Shown here one piece after another: positions 18,567-26,591 of a stretch of DNA of 26,591 nucleotides (position 1 is its first letter; every line of letters starts with the position of its first letter). Source of the stretch: Pirellulales bacterium (GTDB lineage Bacteria; Planctomycetota; Planctomycetia; Pirellulales; JADZDJ01); contig DASXPQ010000351.1 in assembly GCA_036493575.1 (NCBI GenBank), positions 1 to 26,591 on the forward strand, given 5' to 3'. The notes beneath the pieces are model-generated. The model had not been told where the DNA came from, ran no database searches, and saw only the letters and a program-made list of their open reading frames with translations. The translations under genes and the position numbers were made by a program.

Positions 18567-18608
18567 TGTTTAGTGGTCGGTGTCTAGTGGCTGGTGTTTA
18601 ATGTGGCG
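18567..18608. repeat. Imperfect 14-nt tandem repeat (about 3 copies), rplE-rpsN spacer
   Basis: TGTTTAGTGGTCGG / TGTCTAGTGGCTGG / TGTTTAATGTGGCG. Confidence 0.65.
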
Positions 18609-18613
18609 ATCAG

Positions 18614-19249
18614 CTATGCCGCGCCCTTTTTGCCTTTGTTGTCTTTATCTTCCACTTTGAACGGGAAGCCCATAGCTCGTAACAATTCGCGCGAGTCGTC
18701 GTTGCTGTGGCCGGACATCACAATCGTCACGTTCATCCCTTGCACACGCGTGAACTTATCGGGATTAAGCTCCGGAAACACTAGTTGCTCCGACAGGCCC
18801 AAACTGTAATTTCCCTGGCCGTCGAATGAATTCGGATCCAACCCGCGGAAGTCGCGCACTCGAGGCAGAGCCAACGACACCAGTCGATCCAAAAACTCAT
18901 ACATTCGCGCTCCGCGCAACGTCACTTTGCAGCCAATCGCCAATCCTTCTCGCAACTTGAAACCGGCAATTGCCTTACGGGCCTTAGTGACCAGCGGTTT
19001 TTGACCGGTGATTTGCGTCAATGCGGCGACGGCGTCTTCCAGATTCTTTTTTTCCGCCACCGCACTCCCCACTCCCATATTCACAACAATTTTCTCCAAC
19101 CGCGGCAGCGCCATGCGGTTCTTGCGCCCCAGCTTGCTTGCCAAGCCTGGCAGCACTTCCTTCTCGTACTTTTCCAGAAGGCGCGGAGTCGGCGGCGGCC
19201 CACTTGGAGCGGCGTCTTCGGCGGCGACTTTTTTATCTTTCTTGGCCAT
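18614..19249 (-). CDS. rplE: 50S ribosomal protein L5
   Basis: [36 protein letters not shown]. Likely start ATG 19249. Confidence 0.97.
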   Translation of the reverse strand: MAKKDKKVAAEDAAPSGPPPTPRLLEKYEKEVLPGLASKLGRKNRMALPRLEKIVVNMGVGSAVAEKKNLEDAVAALTQITGQKPLVTKARKAIAGFKLREGLAIGCKVTLRGARMYEFLDRLVSLALPRVRDFRGLDPNSFDGQGNYSLGLSEQLVFPELNPDKFTRVQGMNVTIVMSGHSNDDSRELLRAMGFPFKVEDKDNKGKKGAA

Positions 19250-19294
19250 GGCCAGCACTACAATTTGCGTGACAGATCGTTATTGATTGGTTAC

Positions 19295-19645
19295 TTACTT
19301 CCGCTTCCCGGCTTCTTTGCGAATCGCGCTCACCGCACCCAGCGACGCTCCGCTCTGCTTGGAATACCGTTCCCGACTGCCATCTTTGTTCACCCGCACA
19401 CCGACACGGGTCGGCTTGTCACTGCTTGGATCAACCAACATCACGTTGGAAATACTAACCGGCATTTCCTTCGACAACCTGCCGCCTTGCGGATTCTTCT
19501 GGCTGCGTTTCATGTGCTTGTAAACGCGGTTCACGCCTTCCACCACCACCTTGCCGTTCTTGGGCAGCACCCTCAGCACCTTGCCGCGGTTTCCACGGTC
19601 ATCGCCGGCGATCACTTCCACAATGTCGTCTTGTCGAATGTGCAT
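19295..19645 (-). CDS. rplX: 50S ribosomal protein L24
   Basis: KOW motif DIVEVIAGDDRGNRGKV, VVVEGVN, EMPVSISNV. Confidence 0.97.
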   Translation of the reverse strand: MHIRQDDIVEVIAGDDRGNRGKVLRVLPKNGKVVVEGVNRVYKHMKRSQKNPQGGRLSKEMPVSISNVMLVDPSSDKPTRVGVRVNKDGSRERYSKQSGASLGAVSAIRKEAGKRK

Positions 19646-19687
19646 GAGAAACTCTGACTTATGTTCGCTTCGGATTTAATTTTCCGA

Positions 19688-20056
19688 TTACACTACTTCG
19701 CTCGCCAAACTCACAATCTTCATAAAATTCCGTTCACGCAATTCTCGCGCCACGGCGCCAAAAATACGCGTGCCGCGCGGATTTTTCTCCGCATCGATCA
19801 ACACCACAGCGTTGCTATCGAATTGCACATAACTGCCGTCGTTCCGGCGGGTCGGCCTTTTACATCGCACCACCACCCCCTGCACGACCGCTTTCTTCTT
19901 GATGTCGCTGCCGGCAATCACGGTCTTCACGCTGCACACCACAATATCACCCAGCCCGGCGTACCGCCTCCGACTCCCGCCAAGCACCTTGAAGCACATC
20001 ACTTCTTTGGCGCCGGTGTTATCGGCCACGTTCAGTCGGGTTTGCATCTGGATCAT
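19688..20056 (-). CDS. rplN: 50S ribosomal protein L14
   Basis: [39 protein letters not shown]. Confidence 0.98.
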   Translation of the reverse strand: MIQMQTRLNVADNTGAKEVMCFKVLGGSRRRYAGLGDIVVCSVKTVIAGSDIKKKAVVQGVVVRCKRPTRRNDGSYVQFDSNAVVLIDAEKNPRGTRIFGAVARELRERNFMKIVSLASEVV

Positions 20057-20076
20057 AGCGCTTCGCCAAATTCGAT

Positions 20077-20382
20077 TTACTTAATTCCAGCTTCTTCGTC
20101 CATTTTTGCCGCTGTCCGCATGGCCACCAGATCGACCGCCTGGCTCTTGGACACCACGCGCACCAACTCCCAGCGCTTCAGTCGCGATTTCGGCGGACAC
20201 TCGCGAATTTCCACCGTGTCGCCTTCGTGCGATTCGTTGTTTTCATCGTGAACGTGGCACACCGTTTTACGGTGCAAAATTTTTCCGTACTTGGCGTGAC
20301 GCACCAGACGTGGAATTTCCACCCGCCGCGTTTTCGCCGCTTTGTCCTTCTTCACCACGCCAATTTCCAATCGCTTAGGCAT
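20077..20382 (-). CDS. rpsQ: 30S ribosomal protein S17
   Basis: [31 protein letters not shown]. Confidence 0.95.
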   Translation of the reverse strand: MPKRLEIGVVKKDKAAKTRRVEIPRLVRHAKYGKILHRKTVCHVHDENNESHEGDTVEIRECPPKSRLKRWELVRVVSKSQAVDLVAMRTAAKMDEEAGIK

Positions 20383-20433
20383 AAAACTAACTTGCTTTTG
20401 ATCTGTTTTAAATTCTTGCCGTGGAAGATTCGT

Positions 20434-20661
20434 TTATGACTTTTGCTTGCTCGCTGTCGCTTGCTTTACCCCGCGCGCCCGCTCATTCAATACCGTCTGA
20501 CACCGGGCGATCAAGCGGCGATGTTTTTTTAACTCCGTGGGAGCATCAAGCTTTTCGGTTTGCGCTTGAATGCGCAACCGAAACAAGTTCTCGGAAGCTT
20601 CCTTCCAAGTGAGGTTAATTTGCTCGTCGCTCATGTCGCGAAGTTCTGCTGCTTTAGCCAT
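20434..20661 (-). CDS. rpmC: 50S ribosomal protein L29
   Basis: KAAELRDMS, LFRLRIQ, RRLIARCQTVLNER; located between rplP and rpsQ. Confidence 0.94.
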   Translation of the reverse strand: MAKAAELRDMSDEQINLTWKEASENLFRLRIQAQTEKLDAPTELKKHRRLIARCQTVLNERARGVKQATASKQKS

Positions 20662-20705
20662 AACTACAATTCCCTATACCACTCGCTCACTGACTTACCT
20701 GTTTT

Positions 20706-21122
20706 TCACATCGCCCGTCGCTTCAAAAACCGCACCTTCACCGGCATCTTGTGCGCCAACCGTGCAAAGCACATCCGGGCCGCTTCCTCGGAAATACCGC
20801 TTACTTCGTACAAAACGGTGCCTGGCTTAATCACTGCGGCCCAAAACTCCGGCTCCCCCTTCCCTTTGCCCATGCGGGTTTCCAAAGGAATAGAGGTAAT
20901 GCTTTTGTGAGGAAATACGCGGACATACAACCGCCCTTCGTTGCGCATGTATTGTTGCGCAGCGACGCGGCCCGCCTCGATGGTTTGCGCACTGAGCCAA
21001 CCCCCTTGGGCCGCTTGAAGAGCATAATCGCCGAACGATACGCGGTTTCCACGCGTGGCGTCACCTTTTATACGTCCTCTTTGGCTTTTTCGGAACTTGA
21101 CTCTCTTGGGCATCATCGCCAT
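20706..21122 (-). CDS. rplP: 50S ribosomal protein L16
   Basis: MAMMPKRVKFRKSQRG, IEAGRVA, RMGKGKGEPEFW. Start 21122 with a GAGGA SD inside rpsC. Confidence 0.97.
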   Translation of the reverse strand: MAMMPKRVKFRKSQRGRIKGDATRGNRVSFGDYALQAAQGGWLSAQTIEAGRVAAQQYMRNEGRLYVRVFPHKSITSIPLETRMGKGKGEPEFWAAVIKPGTVLYEVSGISEEAARMCFARLAHKMPVKVRFLKRRAM

Positions 21123-21756
21123 GAACTTGATCCTCGTACATACCTTGGTTAATCCACACTTGCACGCCGATGTGACCTTGCGGTGTCTTCGCTTCCGTGA
21201 AGCCGTAATCAATTTTCGCCCGCAACGTCGACAGCGGCATGCTGCCGGCAATCGCCTTTTCGCGCCGCGCCATTTCAGCGCCGCCTAAACGACCGGCTAA
21301 TTGCACTTTAATTCCCTTGGCTCCGGCTTCCATCGAAGTGTCAATCGCCCGCTTCATCGTCCGCCGGAAGCTGGACCGCTTGGCCAACTGCTCGGCAATA
21401 TCCTCAGCCACTAATTGGGCGAAGATTTCCGGACGGGTAATTTCCTCGATTTTGATATTCACGCGGCGGCCAATTAAATTCTGTAATTCCTCCTGCAGCT
21501 TTTCCACTTCCTGCCCTTTGCGGCCGATGATCACGCCCGGCCGCGCCGTGTGCAACAAAATTTTAACTTCGTCGCGGGTCCGTTCGATTTCCACTTTTGG
21601 AATGGCGGCGAAATTGTATTTTTCCTTGACGAACTTGCGCACTTTGAAGTCTTCCAGCAACAGATCGCGGAATTCCTGCTTCGAGGCATACCACCGGCTT
21701 TTCCAGCCTTCCATGATGCCTACGCGAAATGCAACAGGATTGACTTTTTGACCCAT
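21061..21756 (-). CDS. rpsC: 30S ribosomal protein S3
   Basis: MGQKVNP, TARPGVIIGRKG, GRLGGAEMAR, PLSTLRAKIDYG. Confidence 0.98.
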   Translation of the reverse strand: MGQKVNPVAFRVGIMEGWKSRWYASKQEFRDLLLEDFKVRKFVKEKYNFAAIPKVEIERTRDEVKILLHTARPGVIIGRKGQEVEKLQEELQNLIGRRVNIKIEEITRPEIFAQLVAEDIAEQLAKRSSFRRTMKRAIDTSMEAGAKGIKVQLAGRLGGAEMARREKAIAGSMPLSTLRAKIDYGFTEAKTPQGHIGVQVWINQGMYEDQVHGDDAQESQVPKKPKRTYKR

Positions 21757-21802
21757 GACAAACCTCAAAACCTACTGCGGGGCAAGCCCCGCGGCTAAAT
21801 GC

Positions 21803-22129
21803 TTATTCCAATTCGACTGAAATGTGTGCCATTCGCTTGCGAATCATAAACGCCATGCCGCGTGCCCGCGGCCGAATGCGCTTGAACATTGGCCCGCCGT
21901 CAACGCGGCAATCCTTCACCGTCAGGCTGCCGACATTGCCGGCCCGTTGATCTTCCGCATTTCCCAGCGCGCTTTTGATCACTTTTTCCAAGAGCCGCGC
22001 CCCGCGATGCGGCATGTATTTCAAAATATCCAACGCGTCGTCCGCAAATTTGCCCCGCACCAAATTCGCGAGCGGGCGCACCTTGCGGGCGCTAATGCGA
22101 GCAAATCGATGTGTGGCTTTGTATCCCAT
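21803..22129 (-). CDS. rplV: 50S ribosomal protein L22
   Basis: RISARKVR, KVIKSALGNA, GPMFKRIRPRARG. Confidence 0.97.
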   Translation of the reverse strand: MGYKATHRFARISARKVRPLANLVRGKFADDALDILKYMPHRGARLLEKVIKSALGNAEDQRAGNVGSLTVKDCRVDGGPMFKRIRPRARGMAFMIRKRMAHISVELE

Positions 22130-22180
22130 GATGATGACTTTGATTGTTTCACTCCGGCGACACGAGCGCCGGCTATATGT

Positions 22181-22507
22181 TTACGACTTTCCCGCTGGTG
22201 CGGCGGCAGGCGCGCCACCCCCTGCGGCCGCTTCCGCTTCCTTCTTGATGCGACCACCGTGACCACGGAAGGTCCGTGTGGGAGCAAATTCGCCGAGCCG
22301 ATGTCCAACCATATCTTCCGTGATAAACACCTTCAGGTGCTGCTTGCCGTTATGAACCATGAACGTATGACCGACGAACTCCGGCACAATGGTGCAAGCC
22401 CGCGCCCAAGTTTTAATCGGGTCCTTCTTGTTCACTGCGTCCATTAACTCCACCTTACGGTAGACGTTAGGATCGACAAACGGCCCTTTCTTTTTCGATC
22501 GTCCCAT
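22181..22507 (-). CDS. rpsS: 30S ribosomal protein S19
   Basis: [39 protein letters not shown]. Confidence 0.98.
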   Translation of the reverse strand: MGRSKKKGPFVDPNVYRKVELMDAVNKKDPIKTWARACTIVPEFVGHTFMVHNGKQHLKVFITEDMVGHRLGEFAPTRTFRGHGGRIKKEAEAAAGGGAPAAAPAGKS

Positions 22508-22544
22508 GGTTCTCGCCGACTGAAACAGTCGGGCTATCTATTTC

Positions 22545-23405
22545 TTATAGTGGAATTTTGATCTGACCGTACCGCCGCGAACGTCGACGACGAATCAAAG
22601 CCGAATTCGATGGCTTCCGCCGCTTGCGAGTGCCGCCGCCCTTCGCGCTCTTGCCCGTCGGACTCACCGGATGCCGGCCACCCTTGGTGCGCCCTTCACC
22701 ACCGCCGTGTGGATGGTCGATCGGGTTCATCGCGGTGCCGCGCACAAACGGCCGCCAGCCCTTCCAGCGATTGCGCCCTGCTTTGCCAATTTGAATGTTC
22801 ATGTGATCGGCGTTGCCAATCGCGCCAATCGTCGCCCGGCCCGCCGACGGCACACGGCGAATTTCGCCGCTGGGTAAAGTAATTTGCGCCCAATCGGCCT
22901 CGCGTGCCATCAGCACCGCGCTGGAACCGGCCGAGCGGCATAATCGCGCGCCGCGGCCCGGCTGCAATTCAATGTTGTGAATCGATAAGCCCAACGGAAT
23001 GTTCCGCATGGGCAGGCAATTGCCCATCGTCGGCGGCGCGTCCGGCCCGTTCATAATTTCCTGGCCGACCTTCAATCCATCTGGCGCTAAAATAAATCGT
23101 TTTTCGCCATCGGAATAATGCAGCAGTGCAATTCGAGCGCTGCGGTTGGGATCGTACTGAATGGAATGCACTTTGGCGGGAACGCCGTCTTTCTCGCGCC
23201 GGAAATCAACCAGCCGATAACGCCGCTTGTGACCGCCGCCTCGATGTCGCGCCGTAATTAAACCCTGATTATTGCGACCACCGTGCTGCTTTTTCGGAAC
23301 GCTTAAGCCGCGGGGCATCAACGCGCCCTTGCTCAGTTCAGCGAAGTCGCTGACCGTGGCGCCGCGGCGTCCAGGCGATGTCGGTTTGTATCGGCGAATG
23401 CCCAT
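22545..23405 (-). CDS. rplB: 50S ribosomal protein L2
   Basis: [49 protein letters not shown]. Confidence 0.98.
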   Translation of the reverse strand: MGIRRYKPTSPGRRGATVSDFAELSKGALMPRGLSVPKKQHGGRNNQGLITARHRGGGHKRRYRLVDFRREKDGVPAKVHSIQYDPNRSARIALLHYSDGEKRFILAPDGLKVGQEIMNGPDAPPTMGNCLPMRNIPLGLSIHNIELQPGRGARLCRSAGSSAVLMAREADWAQITLPSGEIRRVPSAGRATIGAIGNADHMNIQIGKAGRNRWKGWRPFVRGTAMNPIDHPHGGGEGRTKGGRHPVSPTGKSAKGGGTRKRRKPSNSALIRRRRSRRYGQIKIPL

Positions 23406-23419
23406 ATGCGTATCAGTGA

Positions 23420-23737
23420 TTAAAAGAAATCAATCTTGTGTTCAGGATCCAACTTCACTATCGCTTTTTTCCAATCTTGCGTGCGGCCGCTGCGAAATTT
23501 AGCACGCCGCGGCTTCCCCTTACGATTTTGCACGTGAACCCGCAACACTTTCACGTTGAATAGCTCTTCCACCGCTTTGCGAATGTCGGCCTTCGTGGCC
23601 AGCTTGTTCACCTCAAAGGCGTAAGCGTTGTACCGGCTGGAACGATGCATTCCTTTTTCCGTGACCAGCGGGCGCACAATAATCTGGTGCGACGCCAGCA
23701 GACCCCGTTCCTCTTGTTGTGCGGCTTCGGTGGTCAT
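23420..23737 (-). CDS. rplW: 50S ribosomal protein L23
   Basis: [34 protein letters not shown]. Confidence 0.97.
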   Translation of the reverse strand: MTTEAAQQEERGLLASHQIIVRPLVTEKGMHRSSRYNAYAFEVNKLATKADIRKAVEELFNVKVLRVHVQNRKGKPRRAKFRSGRTQDWKKAIVKLDPEHKIDFF

Positions 23738-24474
23738 GATTCTTTCTTCTTCGTTTTCCGTTTAGCAGCCGAGACCGTCCGCTTAGCGGCCGGCTTTGCG
23801 CCTTCCGATTTCTCCGCCGATTCGCCCGACTTTTCTTTGGACGATTTCCCGGCCTGCTCTTTCACCCATTCCAAAGCTGCCTTGGTGAACAGCAGTCGTC
23901 GCGGCTTAAGCACAATTAAGGCATTCAATTCCGCCACGGGCGACAGACTGACGCCGGCGATATTTCGAACCGATTTGTGCAAATTCGTATCGTGCACCGC
24001 CGTGGCCACCAGCACTGTTTTATGCTCGTGGCATTTCACAGCCTTCAAAATGGCCGCCATGTCGCGAGTTTTCGGAGCGCTGAATTTCAAATCATCGATC
24101 ACTGTCACTTGGTCATCACGAATTTTCGAGGCCAGCGCCATCCGCGTGGCCAACTGCAGCGCCTTACGCGGCAAACGATAACCAAAATCTCTCGGCTTCT
24201 TGGCAAAAATATGTCCGCCGCCACGACGAATACCACTGCGCCGTGAACCAGCTCGGGCGTTGCCCGTCCCTTTTTGGCGATACATCTTTTTCGTCGAGCC
24301 GGCCACCTGTGCCCTGCTCTTCGTGGCAAAGGTGCCTTGCCGCAAATTGGCTTCGTACATCACCACGGCATCGTGCAACAGTTGCTTGTTGATGCGCGGA
24401 GCCAGATCGGTCGGCTCGATTTCCATCGAGCCCACAGAGGCCCCTTTCGCATCATAAACGGTTAATTTCGGCAT
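23734..24474 (-). CDS. rplD: 50S ribosomal protein L4
   Basis: RQGTFATKSRAQV, YRQKGTGNARAG, GGGHIFAKKPR. ATGA overlap with rplW. Confidence 0.97.
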   Translation of the reverse strand: MPKLTVYDAKGASVGSMEIEPTDLAPRINKQLLHDAVVMYEANLRQGTFATKSRAQVAGSTKKMYRQKGTGNARAGSRRSGIRRGGGHIFAKKPRDFGYRLPRKALQLATRMALASKIRDDQVTVIDDLKFSAPKTRDMAAILKAVKCHEHKTVLVATAVHDTNLHKSVRNIAGVSLSPVAELNALIVLKPRRLLFTKAALEWVKEQAGKSSKEKSGESAEKSEGAKPAAKRTVSAAKRKTKKKES

Positions 24475-24507
24475 GTTCTTACAGCTGCAATCCAGCAGCT
24501 CAAAATA

Positions 24508-25194
24508 TTACAGCTTGTTGGTTTGGCGAACGAGGACATAGCCACCATTTGGACCAGGCACAGCGCCGCGCACGAGCAGCAAATTGTTTTCTTTGTCCAC
24601 CCGCACCACTTTCAAATTGCGGCTAGTCTTGCGAACGTTTCCCATCTGCCCGGCCATCTTTTTCCCCTTGAACGTACGGCCCGGGAACGTGTTGCCGCTG
24701 GTGCCGCCGATGTGGCGATGTACTTTTTTCACTCCGTGGGTGGCTCGTTGGCCTTTGAAGTTATGCCGCTTCATCGCGCCCTGAAAACCTTTACCCTTGC
24801 TGGTAGCGGTGACATCGACGGCGGATACTTTTTCGAAAACTTCGACGGTCAGCTTTTGGCCCACGGTCAACTCGCCGGGCGCGCCGGTTAGCTCGCGAAC
24901 GAATCGCTGCGGCTCACTGTCTGCCTTCGGCGGCAACTCAACCCCTGCTTTGGTCCGCGCTTTAGCACGCGCACTGTCGAGCTTCGCCACGTGACCGCGC
25001 CGGCTGCGGCTGGCCAAGCGCCGCGGCATATCGGAAAAGCCAAGCTGCACCGCTTCGTAACCATCTCGATCAGCGGTACGCAATTGCAACACGGGGCACG
25101 GGCCAGCCTCGATTACCGTCACCGGGATTGCGGTCCCGGCTTCGTCAAATACTTGCGTCATCCCGACCTTGCGGCCGAGTAATCCGATGGCCAT
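24508..25194 (-). CDS. rplC: 50S ribosomal protein L3
   Basis: GLLGRKVGMTQVF, DGYEAVQLG, SKGKGFQGAMKRHNF, KKMAGQMG, RGAVPGPNGG. Start moved to ATG 25194. Confidence 0.98.
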   Translation of the reverse strand: MAIGLLGRKVGMTQVFDEAGTAIPVTVIEAGPCPVLQLRTADRDGYEAVQLGFSDMPRRLASRSRRGHVAKLDSARAKARTKAGVELPPKADSEPQRFVRELTGAPGELTVGQKLTVEVFEKVSAVDVTATSKGKGFQGAMKRHNFKGQRATHGVKKVHRHIGGTSGNTFPGRTFKGKKMAGQMGNVRKTSRNLKVVRVDKENNLLLVRGAVPGPNGGYVLVRQTNKL

Positions 25195-25419
25195 CGCTTG
25201 TGTCCTCGTGCTGCTCACTGGGTTTGCTGTAGACGAACGGTCCATTGAACCTGAACACGTCGGCCGGTCGTGCGACCTGCACCCGGCATCCTCGCCGAGC
25301 ACCCGCAAGGTCGCCACCGACCTCGCTAAGCATTACCCACTGAACTTCCGATGCATAATATGCTTTTGAAAATTAACTTGGTTAAGAACCTCTGAATTCA
25401 ACTGCCCGCCAACTATCGC

Positions 25420-25749
25420 TTAGTGCCTGCTGCTGGCCTTGATTTTGATATCCACGCCAGCCGGCAAACTTAATTTGTTCAAGGCTTCAATCGTTTTCGC
25501 CGTCGCCTGCACAATGTCGATTACGCGCTTATGCGTGCGAATTTCGTATTGCTGCCGGGCTTTCTTGTCGATGTGTGGACTGGAAAGCACCGTGTACCGT
25601 TCAATGCGCGTGGGCAACGGAATGGGTCCATGCACCTCGGAGTTGGTCCGCTTGGCGGTATCGACTATTTCCGCCGCGCTTTGGTCCAGCACCGTATGGT
25701 CATAGGCCTCCATTCGGATGCGAATAATTTCGTGCGAATGCCCAGCCAC
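25420..25749 (-). CDS. rpsJ: 30S ribosomal protein S10
   Basis: [39 protein letters not shown] start with GGGAG SD. Confidence 0.98.
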   Translation of the reverse strand: MAGHSHEIIRIRMEAYDHTVLDQSAAEIVDTAKRTNSEVHGPIPLPTRIERYTVLSSPHIDKKARQQYEIRTHKRVIDIVQATAKTIEALNKLSLPAGVDIKIKASSRH

Positions 25750-25843
25750 GCCGATCTCCCGCCGGAAACGCGTTCCGGTGTATCACGCTACCTTCTACAA
25801 ACAACGCTTACGGTCATACCCCTGTCCACAAGGGAAGCCTTTC

Positions 25844-25872
25844 AATTTAAGACATCAACCATTTTGGGTCAA
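25844..25872 (-). promoter_or_regulatory. Predicted sigma70-type promoter of rpsJ/S10 operon
   Basis: TTGACC-N17-TAAATT on the minus strand, about 95 nt upstream of the rpsJ start. Confidence 0.65.
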
Positions 25873-25908
25873 TGGGGTGTTTCATCAGTTTTCACCGCAG
25901 CAAACCAA

Positions 25909-26591
25909 CTAAATGAATCCCTCCTGCACATCCGGCGGCGCAGGACCGTATTTCAGCGGCTCCATCGAAAAACTTGCCCGCCCTTGGCTCAAACTTCTCA
26001 CCGCCGCCGAGTAACCAAACATCGCTGACAGCGGCGCTTCGGCCTCAAGCACCGTCATTCCGCCCCGATTTTCCGTGCTATTGATAATCGCCCGCCGTTG
26101 CTGCAAATCGTTGATCACATCCCCCAAATGATCCTCGGGCGTGGTCACTTCCAGCCGCATGATCGGTTCCAGCACCGTCACTCCAGCCGTTTGTAGCGCC
26201 TTGGTGAACGCATCGGCCGCTGCAATTCGCCACGCCACTTCCCCGGGCAAGGGATCGGGAAATGCCATTTCCAATAACTCCAACGAGCAGCTCCATAGCG
26301 GACAGCCTTTCAGACCGCCCCCTTCCGCCGCTTCTTTCAGCGCCGAAAGCACAAGCTGGATTGCGTTCTGCTTCACTGAATCTTCCACAAACCAATTCGT
26401 GAACACGTGGCACGGATGATCTTCGTACAGCGGCGCCACGCGCACTTTCACTTCTGCGAACAACGTCTGCCCACCGATTTGTCGATTACATTTCCCAACC
26501 GCTTCGGCCTTTCCGTTCACCGTCTCTTTGTAACTCACCCGCGGCCTGTGCACGCGTACGTTCAAATTGAAGTCACGCTGCAACCGATGCT
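25909..26591 (-). CDS. fusA: Elongation factor G-family protein (divergent paralogue), domains IV-V only; 5' part outside the window
   Basis: PRVSYKET, LEPIMRLEVTTPEDHLGDVINDL, APLSAMFGYS..VRSLSQGRASFSME. Frame stays open to the window edge. Confidence 0.9.
   Translation of the reverse strand, partial: HRLQRDFNLNVRVHRPRVSYKETVNGKAEAVGKCNRQIGGQTLFAEVKVRVAPLYEDHPCHVFTNWFVEDSVKQNAIQLVLSALKEAAEGGGLKGCPLWSCSLELLEMAFPDPLPGEVAWRIAAADAFTKALQTAGVTVLEPIMRLEVTTPEDHLGDVINDLQQRRAIINSTENRGGMTVLEAEAPLSAMFGYSAAVRSLSQGRASFSMEPLKYGPAPPDVQEGFI

Noticed and set aside
25195-25317. 41-aa N-terminal extension of L3 in the ORF track
   Set aside because: Family N-terminus begins at MAIGLLGRK (ATG 25194, GAGG upstream); the extension runs through a structured leader.

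Overview
About 26.6 kb of moderately GC-rich bacterial DNA, most likely Planctomycetota (Pirellulales-like). This is inferred from the gene order, the inserted L17 and the divergent str-position EF-G. The left 9 kb holds 5'-truncated carB, a PhnB/VOC-family gene, an FkbM-family methyltransferase, glnE and an uncharacterised lipoprotein. The remaining ~17.5 kb (minus strand) is the S10-spc-alpha ribosomal superoperon, running from a truncated divergent EF-G paralogue through rpsJ, secY, adk, map, rpmJ (missed by the ORF track), rpsM, rpsK, rpsD and rpoA to rplQ. tuf, rpmD and infA are absent from their usual positions. No tRNA, rRNA, CRISPR or mobile element is visible, and I see no new multi-gene system. 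The most unusual signals are small. (1) Three alpha-operon spacers are built from one degenerate heptamer with complementary arms in crossing (pseudoknot-like) order. (2) An identical 9-mer, GAAAGGCTT, follows the predicted -10 box of two r-protein promoters. (3) The EF-G has a degenerate domain IV tip. (4) rpsC and rplP share a 62-nt dual-coding overlap. (5) L17 has a Trp-rich insertion. (6) The lipoprotein is possibly secretin-like.
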